From assembly GCA_041487875.1 (NCBI GenBank), contig JBGPOE010000002.1:8121-72120 (forward strand): 64,000 nt of DNA, read 5' to 3'. Positions 52,405-60,371 of the stretch are shown one piece after another. A program made the position numbers and the translations under genes. Origin of the DNA: Gemmatimonadota bacterium (GTDB lineage: Bacteria > Gemmatimonadota > Gemmatimonadetes > Gemmatimonadales > GWC2-71-9). Under the pieces are notes generated by a model, which did not search any database, had not been told where the DNA came from, and saw only the letters and a list, made by a program, of their open reading frames with translations. Numbering within the stretch: the first letter of the stretch is position 1; every line of letters begins with the position of its first letter.

Positions 52405-55197
52405 TCAGAAATCCGAGGAGAACCCGAGATACACCTGCAGGCGGCGCGGTCCACCACTCGGCAACGGCGCGAGCGGTTCGGCCACGCCCAGCCGCAGGCG
52501 CAGCGGCAGATCGTAGCTGATCGTCACGTCGCTCACGAGCTCCGCCCCGGCCGACGCGATGTGCGCGAGGCGCGGTCGCGCGCCCGGATCCCAGGCGTCC
52601 CCCGCGTCGCCGAACAGCGAGAGCGAGAACTTGTCCGCACCCAACGGCAAGTGACCCACGCCCTTCCCCACGAGCGCAAGCGGCAGGCGGTACTCGACGC
52701 TCGCGGTGGCGGCGCGCCGGCCACGCAAGGCGCCAGCCCCATACCCGCGCACCGGGAAGGCCCGCGCCGTCCCGACGCTCCGCCCGAAGCCCACGTCGAG
52801 CGCGCCCGACGACACGCCGCCCACGCCGAGCAGCGTCGGCAATGGGCCCGCGGTGGCCCCGGCAGCGAGGCGCAGCGCGAGCACCGAGTGCGCGAACCCA
52901 CCCAGGCCCGGCGCCGGCAGGTACAGACCCAGCCGCCCGCGCGCCTCGTTGGACCACTCGCCTGAACCCTGGCGCTCGCGGCGCCGCACCAGCGCCACCA
53001 GGGAGAAGCCGTTCTGAGCCGATATCGACAGCGGCCCGGCGAACGCGCGCGCCAGCCCGAGGCTCACCGAGCCCCCCACGAGATCGCGATCGGCGCAGCC
53101 GACGCACACGGCGACCAGCGGCGTGTCGGGCTCCGCCACGAAGCGCCGGCCTTCGAATTCCCCCGCCACGCGCAGGCTCACGGCGGTACGCCAGCGCTGC
53201 CGCACGAACGTGGCGCCCACCGCCGCGTCCTGAGTGCGCTCCGACACGCTGGCGACGGCATTCGACCCGATGAACGACCAGTCGCTCGAGGCCGACACGT
53301 CGAGCGTGGGATTCCCCAGGCGTTGATCGATCAGCGTGAAGGCGCCGGCAGCGCGTCGCGTGCCGGGCGCCACCAACGCCTCGAGGACGTAATAGTTGCG
53401 CGCGAGCGCGTCGGAGCCCGCCGTGACGGCGCCCACGAACGTCCCGGCGCCGCTCGTGCTGAGCAACGCCGGCACCCAGAAGTGCGGCCGCAGGGACGGC
53501 CAGGCGCTGTACCCCGTCTCGCGCGCCGGGACGGCGGGCGCCGTGTCGAACGGCGCGGGTGTGGTGCCGGGCTCCGCGGCGGCAGCGAGCGGCGTCGCGC
53601 GGCGCAGCTGCCAGCCGCGCGCGCCGAGCGTGGCGTACAGGATCGTGCCGTCCACGAGCGACGCGGGATGCCGCGCGCCCGCCGGGTCGGCGGTGAGGCG
53701 CACGGCGCCCGAGTCGGTCCAGCGGTATACCTGCGCGAGGCCCGTCGGGTCGGCGACGAAGAGCAGCGCGCCGTCCGCCGTCCACGCCGGATCGGTCACG
53801 ACTCCTGCCCGCTCGAACAGCACGACGCTCGAATCAGGCGCGTGCGCCGGCCAACGCACCAGCGCCCAGTGGCCAGCGGCGTGACGCGAGGCGGCCACCC
53901 AGCGCCCGTCCGGCGACGGCACGATCGCGCCCCAGGTCGTGCCCGGTGGATCGGGCACGCCGGGAAGCGTGGGGCGGTTGTCGCCGGCCCCGATGGCGAC
54001 GGCGGACACTACGCCAGCGGCCGCGTGCGGCTCGGTGAGGCGCGCGTCGTGCGTGGTGCGGCGCCACGCGCCGTCGGGCGTCCAGCGGTAGAGATCCGAG
54101 CGGGCGCGCCAGCGCGACGTGAAGTCGAGCTGCGACACGACGAGCGTGTCGCCCAGCCAATCGGCGCTGGCGAGCGCATTGACGAGGTGGCGCCGCAGCG
54201 GCCGCCCCGTGGCGCCGTCCGCGACCACGAGCGCACGCGGGCCCTTGCCGTCATCCTGCACGAAGGCCACGCGCCGGCCGTCGGGCGACGCCTGTGGATT
54301 GGGCATGGTCCACAAGCCGTCCGCCAGCAGCGCGCCGCGCGGCCCGTCGGGCGGCGGCGCGGCATCGCGCGTGGCGCGGCGCCAGTCGGCGCTCAGGTCC
54401 GCGGTGGCGTCGGCATGACGCAGCTGGCGTCCCACGCGATACGGAATGGTCTGCGCGGCGGTGGCCTCGACGAACCGCGGGATCACCGAGTCGCCGCGCG
54501 CGCGCGCCACGTAGGCAAAGAACCGGCTGCCGTAGGCGTACGGCATCTCGCCGTCGGGCCAGCGCGTGAACAGCAGCGCGTCCCACGGGCGGCGCGACGT
54601 GCCGCCCCCGCGCTCGGCGCCGAGCAGCGCGGTATGATAGCTGCCGGTGACACGCCCGCCCGCGGTGAGGCGCGATTCGTAATAGACCGCGAGTCCCTCG
54701 ATCACCCAGCTCGGCTGATACGCGTTGGGGAACAATCCCGGCGCCCGGCCGAACACCCGCTGCAGCCCGCCCCAGAAGCTCGCGCTCCGGTCCAAATGGA
54801 AGACGTGGGTGAGCTCGTGCGTGATCACCAGACGCAGCCAGTCGTCGTAATGCTGGAGGGCGGGATCGAGGGCGGGGGGCGCCAGCAGCACGACGATGCG
54901 GTTGGACGGGAAGACGCTGGTGAAGCCGTTGGCCGCATCGACGTCGTCGGACAGGGTGAGGTCGATGGTGCCGCGGGGAGCGTGCAGCTCGCGCGCCAGC
55001 AGCCCGTAGGCGCGCTCGGCTTCGCGGGCGGCGTCCCCCGCCACCGCGCGGAGCGCCGGCCGGAAATGGAGGCGGAAGTGTGCGGTGTGCAGCGTGCGCC
55101 AGGGACCCGCAGGGTCCTGGGCGCGGAGCGGCCGGGGGAGCGACGCGACGAGCGCCAGCACCCCGAGCGCGGACGTGATGAGCGTCACCCGTCGCAT
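52405..55197 (-). CDS. Outer-membrane fusion protein: MA-clan zinc metallopeptidase, PD40/TolB-like beta-propeller and C-terminal beta-barrel
   Basis: Signal peptide MRRVTLITSALGVLALVASLPRPLRAQ. HELTH at 54805..54819 with a downstream WVIEGLAVYYE. Repeated SPDGRxVA-type blades. The C-terminal region has alternating hydrophobics and ends LGFSSDF (terminal Phe). Confidence 0.7.
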   Translation of the reverse strand: MRRVTLITSALGVLALVASLPRPLRAQDPAGPWRTLHTAHFRLHFRPALRAVAGDAAREAERAYGLLARELHAPRGTIDLTLSDDVDAANGFTSVFPSNRIVVLLAPPALDPALQHYDDWLRLVITHELTHVFHLDRSASFWGGLQRVFGRAPGLFPNAYQPSWVIEGLAVYYESRLTAGGRVTGSYHTALLGAERGGGTSRRPWDALLFTRWPDGEMPYAYGSRFFAYVARARGDSVIPRFVEATAAQTIPYRVGRQLRHADATADLSADWRRATRDAAPPPDGPRGALLADGLWTMPNPQASPDGRRVAFVQDDGKGPRALVVADGATGRPLRRHLVNALASADWLGDTLVVSQLDFTSRWRARSDLYRWTPDGAWRRTTHDARLTEPHAAAGVVSAVAIGAGDNRPTLPGVPDPPGTTWGAIVPSPDGRWVAASRHAAGHWALVRWPAHAPDSSVVLFERAGVVTDPAWTADGALLFVADPTGLAQVYRWTDSGAVRLTADPAGARHPASLVDGTILYATLGARGWQLRRATPLAAAAEPGTTPAPFDTAPAVPARETGYSAWPSLRPHFWVPALLSTSGAGTFVGAVTAGSDALARNYYVLEALVAPGTRRAAGAFTLIDQRLGNPTLDVSASSDWSFIGSNAVASVSERTQDAAVGATFVRQRWRTAVSLRVAGEFEGRRFVAEPDTPLVAVCVGCADRDLVGGSVSLGLARAFAGPLSISAQNGFSLVALVRRRERQGSGEWSNEARGRLGLYLPAPGLGGFAHSVLALRLAAGATAGPLPTLLGVGGVSSGALDVGFGRSVGTARAFPVRGYGAGALRGRRAATASVEYRLPLALVGKGVGHLPLGADKFSLSLFGDAGDAWDPGARPRLAHIASAGAELVSDVTISYDLPLRLRLGVAEPLAPLPSGGPRRLQVYLGFSSDF

Positions 55198-55289
55198 AGG
55201 CGCGCAAGCTACTGTCTCCCCTTTCGACCCGTCAATTTCACCAATAGATTGGCGTACCTTTACTTGGGCTTCGTGAGGTTCCCCCATTC

Positions 55290-56357
55290 ATGACGACCTG
55301 CCAGTACTGCGGCCGCGCCAATGAACCCGGCGCGCAGTTCTGCATGGATTGTGGCAAGCCGCTCAGCAAGGAAGCGGCAGCCATGAAGAAGGCCGCCGCA
55401 CCGCGCGCGTCGGCCGGCCCGGGCGCGGCCGTGCCCGGCACCCAAGTCCTCTCAGCCCCCGCCGCCGCGCCGACGGACGCCCCCGGGACCGCGCCCTGTC
55501 CGTTTTGCAACGAGCCGGTCAACGGCAACCTGCCCTACTGTCCGCACTGCGGGCGGCGCCTGTCGGCGCCGGGCTCGGGGCCGGCCTGCGCGCGCTGCGG
55601 CTCGCCGGTGACTCCCGGGACCAAGTTCTGCGCCACCTGCGGAGCCACCCTGGGCGACATCGCCGCCCCCGCGCTGCAGCGGCCCTCATCGCAGCCCGCG
55701 CCGCGCACCGATTTTTCGTTCGTGCTGGTCCAGCTCGACGACGCCGGCCAGCCGCGCCAGCGTTTCGAGCGCAAGAGCACCGACACGACCATCGGCCGGC
55801 TCGACGGCGACATCCGCTTCCCCGAAGACCCGTTCCTCTCGCCGCTGCACACCCGCCTGTCGTGGGAAGATCAGCAGCTGGTGGTGCGCGACCTCGGCAG
55901 CCGCAACGGCACCTGGGTCTTCCTCGATGCACCCTACCGGCTGATGGACGGCGACCTGCTGCTCGTCGGCTCGCAGGTGCTGCGGTTCCGCCGGCTCGGC
56001 TATCCCGGGCCGCACGCACCCGAGGCGGACGCCACCAAGCGCATGGGCAGTCTGATCCCGAGCGCCGACATCGCGAGCCTCACGCAGCTGCGCTCCGACG
56101 GCAGCGCGCGCGACGTGATCCATCTCTCGCCCGGCCGCGACGTGCTGATCGGGCGCGAACAGGGGGACTGGCTCTTTCCCTATGATCCCTCGATGAGCGG
56201 CCGGCACGCGCTGATCCGTTCCGAGGACGCCGACTTCGTGGTGCTCGACGCCGGCAGCCGCAACGGCGTCGCCCTCGCCGCGCGGGGCGCGATGCCGCTC
56301 AAGCACCAGTCCAAGCTGCTGGTCGGCGACAAACTCATGCGCCTCGAGCTGCCGTGA
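55290..56357 (+). CDS. Triple zinc-ribbon plus double FHA-domain protein
   Basis: CQYCGRANEPGAQFCMDCG, CPFCNEPVNGNLPYCPHCG and CARCGSPVTPGTKFCATCG. Two FHA cores (TIGRLDGDIRF...SPLHTRL...DLGSRNGT and LIGREQGDWLF...SGRHALI...DAGSRNG). Confidence 0.85.
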   Translation: MTTCQYCGRANEPGAQFCMDCGKPLSKEAAAMKKAAAPRASAGPGAAVPGTQVLSAPAAAPTDAPGTAPCPFCNEPVNGNLPYCPHCGRRLSAPGSGPACARCGSPVTPGTKFCATCGATLGDIAAPALQRPSSQPAPRTDFSFVLVQLDDAGQPRQRFERKSTDTTIGRLDGDIRFPEDPFLSPLHTRLSWEDQQLVVRDLGSRNGTWVFLDAPYRLMDGDLLLVGSQVLRFRRLGYPGPHAPEADATKRMGSLIPSADIASLTQLRSDGSARDVIHLSPGRDVLIGREQGDWLFPYDPSMSGRHALIRSEDADFVVLDAGSRNGVALAARGAMPLKHQSKLLVGDKLMRLELP

Positions 56358-57952
56358 AGCTCTGCCCCGTCTGCTCCACGGAATTTCCGTACGACGTGAA
56401 GTTCTGTCCCAACGACGGCGCTACCCTGCGCTCGGCGTCCCCGATGTCCGATCTCGTGGGCCAGGTGGTGGCCGACCGCTACCACGTCGTGAAGAAGCTG
56501 GGCGAAGGCGGCATGGGGCAGGTCTACCTCGCCGAGCACGTGAAGATGGGGCGGCGCAGCGCCATCAAGGTGATGAACCCGTCGATGGTGCACGACCCCG
56601 ACGCGGTGGCGCGGTTCAACCGCGAGGCATCCAACGCGAGCCGCATCACCCACCCCAACGTCTGCGCCATTTACGATTTCGGCGAAACGCCCGAGGGGCT
56701 GATCTACCTCGCGATGGAATACATCGAGGGCGAGCCGCTGACCGACCTGCTGCACCGCGAGGGGGCGCTCAAGGTGCCGCGCGCCGTGCACATCTTCCGC
56801 CAGGTGGCCGACGCCCTGCAGGCGGCGCACGATCTTGGCATCGTGCACCGCGACCTGAAGCCCGACAACATCATGCTCACCAAGACGCGCGGCGGCGCCG
56901 ACATGGTGAAGGTGGTGGACTTCGGCATTGCCAAGGCCGTAGGGGGCGACGAGTCCGGCCAGAAGGTGACCAAAACCGGCCTCGTGGTGGGGACGCCGGA
57001 GTTCATGAGTCCGGAGCAGCTCTCGGGCGACAAGCTGGACGGCCGCAGCGACTTGTACTCGCTGGCACTGGTGTTCTACAAGATGCTGACGGGGCAGCTG
57101 CCGTTCGAGGCCGACACGGTCCAGGAAACGATGATCAAGCGCCTCACCGACGAGCCCGCCAAGCTCGCCGCGCTGCGGCCGGATCTGCCGTTCCCGCCCG
57201 GCCTGCAGGAGGTGCTCGACAACGCGCTGGCCCGCACGCCGGTGGACCGCTACCAGACGGTCTCGAAGTTCTCGCAGGACGTGGCGAGCGTCACCGGCGT
57301 GAGCACGGCGACCACGGCGGTGCCCGCGACCCGATCGGACGTCACGAGCGACAAGACGCAGCTGCTCGATGCGTCGGCCACGAAAGCGATCCCTGCGAAG
57401 CGGGCCGGCGCCAAGGCGGCGCCCGCCACGCGCGGCGCGGCGTCCGAGAAGAAGCGCTCGCTCGTGCCGATGGTGGGCGGCGTGGTGGCGGTGCTGGCAC
57501 TGGGCGGCGGCGCATGGGCCGTGTTCGGCCACAAGACGCCACCGGCCAACGGCGCGCAGCGCCCGGCCGACACGACCAAACAGGTCACCACAGTGCCCCA
57601 CGACACGAGCAAGACGCAGCACGCGTCGAAACCGCCGAACAACACGACCAATCCCGGTACCTCCGCGACGGCGACGCAACATCGCGTGGACCCGGCGAAG
57701 GCGGCGGACGCGCTCGACGCGCTGACCGATCTGGTCGACCGCGATCCAGCGGCTGCGCGTGACTCAGCCACCGTCTTGTACGAGGCGGCGTCAGTGGCCA
57801 AGACCGACAAGGCCATGGCGGCGTTCGTGATCGCGAACGCGTTCTGGAAGCTCGGCAATCGTCCGCAGGGCTGCACGTGGATTCGGCGCGCCCAAACCCT
57901 CGATCCCGCGACGCCGACGTTCACCACCGTCGCCACGTCGCAGTGCCAATAG
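56354..57952 (+). CDS. Ser/Thr protein kinase with an N-terminal zinc ribbon, one TM and a small helical extracytoplasmic domain
   Basis: GTGA-coupled to the upstream gene. CPVCSTEFPYDVKFCPNDG; GEGGMGQVYLAEH, HRDLKPDN, DFG; TM LVPMVGGVVAVLALGGGAWAVFG. Confidence 0.88.
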   Translation: MKLCPVCSTEFPYDVKFCPNDGATLRSASPMSDLVGQVVADRYHVVKKLGEGGMGQVYLAEHVKMGRRSAIKVMNPSMVHDPDAVARFNREASNASRITHPNVCAIYDFGETPEGLIYLAMEYIEGEPLTDLLHREGALKVPRAVHIFRQVADALQAAHDLGIVHRDLKPDNIMLTKTRGGADMVKVVDFGIAKAVGGDESGQKVTKTGLVVGTPEFMSPEQLSGDKLDGRSDLYSLALVFYKMLTGQLPFEADTVQETMIKRLTDEPAKLAALRPDLPFPPGLQEVLDNALARTPVDRYQTVSKFSQDVASVTGVSTATTAVPATRSDVTSDKTQLLDASATKAIPAKRAGAKAAPATRGAASEKKRSLVPMVGGVVAVLALGGGAWAVFGHKTPPANGAQRPADTTKQVTTVPHDTSKTQHASKPPNNTTNPGTSATATQHRVDPAKAADALDALTDLVDRDPAAARDSATVLYEAASVAKTDKAMAAFVIANAFWKLGNRPQGCTWIRRAQTLDPATPTFTTVATSQCQ

Positions 57953-57954
57953 CC

Positions 57955-58983
57955 ATGTTCGGACGCTCCTCCAACCCCAAGCCCATCCGGGTCCGCGTCT
58001 TCGGCAAGACGGATCTCGGCAAGACGCGCGACCACAACGAGGACTGCTTCCTCGTGGCCGACCTGACGCGCGGCGACGCGTCGCTCCAGCCGACCGTGCG
58101 CGAGCACGAGGTGGGCGAGCGTGGCACCCTGCTGGTCGTGGCGGATGGCATGGGCGGCGCGGCGGCGGGCGAAGTCGCGAGCGACATGGCGACCAAGACG
58201 ATCTACGAGCAATTGATGAAGAGCTGGGGCGCGGAAACGGAGCTCACGGCGCAGCGCTTCGCCGCGCGCCTCAAGGAAGCCGTGGAGACCGCCAACGGCC
58301 ACATCCACGCGTACGCCAAGGCGCACCCCGAAGTCCGCGGCATGGGGACTACCACGACCGCCGTGGGCGTGCTGGCCGATCACCTCTATCTCACGCAGGT
58401 GGGCGACAGCCGCGCGTATCTGGTGCGCGACGGCGTCGCCGTGCAGCTCACCAAGGACCAGTCGCTGATGCAGCGGCTGGTCGAGGCGGGCGAGCTGACC
58501 GAAGAAGAGGCGGCGCAGAGTGAGCGCCGCAACATCATCCTCCAGGCCTTGGGCCCCGATCCCAAAGTGAAGGTCGATCTCACCTTCCAAGATCTGCGCC
58601 GCGGTGACGTGCTGGTGCTCTGCTCCGACGGGCTGTCGGGCCTCGTGAAGAAGGAAGAGATCGCTGGCGTCGCCGGCAAGGAACCGGACCTGGCCGTGGC
58701 CTGCGAGAAGCTGATCGCCCTCGCCAACGACCGCGGCGGCCCGGATAACATCACGGTCGTGATTGCGCGGTTCGAGGGCGACGGCCTGCCCGCCGACACG
58801 CCCGACCCGGCCGGCCACCAGGTCTATCCCTTGATCGACACCGAGACGAGCACGGAGCCCGTGCCGGTCTACAAGGGCAGCAAGGCGCCGGTGCCGGCGC
58901 GGCGCGCGCGCGCCCGCTGGCTCACGGTGCTGCTGCTCGCGGGCGCGGGGGCGGTGGCCCTCTATCTCGCGCTCGTCCGGTGA
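57955..58983 (+). CDS. PP2C-family Ser/Thr phosphatase with a C-terminal TM anchor
   Basis: KTDLGKTRDHNEDCF, VADGMGG, DRGGPDNITVV. The C-terminal helix is WLTVLLLAGAGAVALYLAL. Confidence 0.88.
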   Translation: MFGRSSNPKPIRVRVFGKTDLGKTRDHNEDCFLVADLTRGDASLQPTVREHEVGERGTLLVVADGMGGAAAGEVASDMATKTIYEQLMKSWGAETELTAQRFAARLKEAVETANGHIHAYAKAHPEVRGMGTTTTAVGVLADHLYLTQVGDSRAYLVRDGVAVQLTKDQSLMQRLVEAGELTEEEAAQSERRNIILQALGPDPKVKVDLTFQDLRRGDVLVLCSDGLSGLVKKEEIAGVAGKEPDLAVACEKLIALANDRGGPDNITVVIARFEGDGLPADTPDPAGHQVYPLIDTETSTEPVPVYKGSKAPVPARRARARWLTVLLLAGAGAVALYLALVR

Positions 58984-60371
58984 AGGCGCAGTTCAAGTTC
59001 CTCTCGGGCGCACGCGCCGGTGAAGTCGAAGCCTTCGGCAAGGCGTACATCGGCGTCGGACGGCACCCACTCTCCGACGTCCGCTTCGACGCCGAGCGCG
59101 ATCTCGACGTCTCGTCGCGGCACGCGTCAATCACGCGCGGGGCCGGGGGGTTCGTGCTCAAGGACTTGGGCAGCAAGAACGGCACGTTCGTCAACGGCAA
59201 GCGGGTCGCGGCCGACGTCCTGCTGCGGGACGGCGACATCATCGCCTTCGGCGACAAGGGCCCGGCACTCGAGTTTCACGTAGTCGACGCGGGCGAGGCG
59301 GCGCCTTCCGAGGCCGGCGCCGCCGATCTCGCCCGGCGCTCCTCGGCGCCGCGAGAATCGTTCGCCGCGAGCGCCGCCCCCGCCCCCGCTCCCGTCGCCC
59401 CGCCCCGTCGCTCCAGCACCGCCGTCCGGTTCGCGCAGGAAGTCGCCCACCTCCGCCGCACCACGAAGCTGCTGTTCGGCGCCTTGGTGCTGGCGTTCGC
59501 GCTGTTCGGATTCCTGCAATGGAAGGGCGGACGCGACCGCGCGCACGACCGCGCGCAGTTCCAGAACCAGCTGCAATCGCTCAACGACGCGTTGACGCAG
59601 TCGCGGCAGGAGGTTTCGCGGCTGGATCGCGAGCTCGTCGCGGCGAGCCGCGTGGGGGACGATTCGACCCTGACGCGCCTTCGCGCCGAGCTCGACGCCG
59701 CCGAGCACCGCTATCGCAGCATCGTCGGGGCGGCGGCGGTGGATTATCGCGGCATCAGCCAGAAGAATCAGGACGCCGTGGCGCTGGTGCTGGTGGATTT
59801 CGGTGCCAGCGAGGTATTCAGCGGCACCGCGTTCGCGGTGGACTCGCAGGGGACCTTGGTCACCAACAAGCACGTCCTGGTGGGCGAAGAGGCCGACCGC
59901 ACGCCGCAGCGCATCGCGGTGAAATTCTCTGGCTCCAAGCAGTGGTTCCCAGGCCGCATGGTGGGCGTCTCCAGCAAGTGGGACCTGGGCGTCGTCAAGG
60001 TCGACATCAAGGGGGGCGTGCCGCGCGTCGCCGGGATCGCCCGGGAGGCTCACGCCGTGCAGCGCGGTGATCCCGTCGCCATCATCGGCTTCCCGCTCGG
60101 CGTCGACTTACCGATGGAAGGCGGCCAGGGGGTGAACGCCGTCGCCGATCCCACCCTCACCGCGGGTACGGTGAGCAAAGTGCTCGACAGTCTCGTGCAG
60201 GTGGACGGATACGGCGCGCCCGGCTCTTCGGGCAGCCCGATTTTCGACCGCGACGGCCGCGTCGTGGCGGTCTTGTACGGCGGCAACCGGGAGTCCGGCG
60301 GCAAGATCATCTTCTCGATTCCGGCCTACTTCGTGGTGGATTACCTCAAGTCGCTCAATCTGCTGAAATAG
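58980..60371 (+). CDS. FHA domain, TM, coiled coil and trypsin-like (S1) serine protease fusion
   Basis: GTGA-coupled to the upstream gene. FHA core (GVGRHPLSDVRF...SSRHASI...DLGSKNGTFVNG). TM LLFGALVLAFALFGFL. Protease triad contexts TNKHV, WDLGVVKV and GAPGSSGSPIF. Confidence 0.82.
   Translation: MKAQFKFLSGARAGEVEAFGKAYIGVGRHPLSDVRFDAERDLDVSSRHASITRGAGGFVLKDLGSKNGTFVNGKRVAADVLLRDGDIIAFGDKGPALEFHVVDAGEAAPSEAGAADLARRSSAPRESFAASAAPAPAPVAPPRRSSTAVRFAQEVAHLRRTTKLLFGALVLAFALFGFLQWKGGRDRAHDRAQFQNQLQSLNDALTQSRQEVSRLDRELVAASRVGDDSTLTRLRAELDAAEHRYRSIVGAAAVDYRGISQKNQDAVALVLVDFGASEVFSGTAFAVDSQGTLVTNKHVLVGEEADRTPQRIAVKFSGSKQWFPGRMVGVSSKWDLGVVKVDIKGGVPRVAGIAREAHAVQRGDPVAIIGFPLGVDLPMEGGQGVNAVADPTLTAGTVSKVLDSLVQVDGYGAPGSSGSPIFDRDGRVVAVLYGGNRESGGKIIFSIPAYFVVDYLKSLNLLK

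Noticed and set aside
56180-58818. Two long minus-strand ORFs (56180..57682 and 57250..58818) antisense to the kinase and PP2C genes.
   Set aside because: Shadow ORFs. The plus strand carries canonical kinase (HRDLKPDN, DFG) and PP2C (VADGMGG) motifs.
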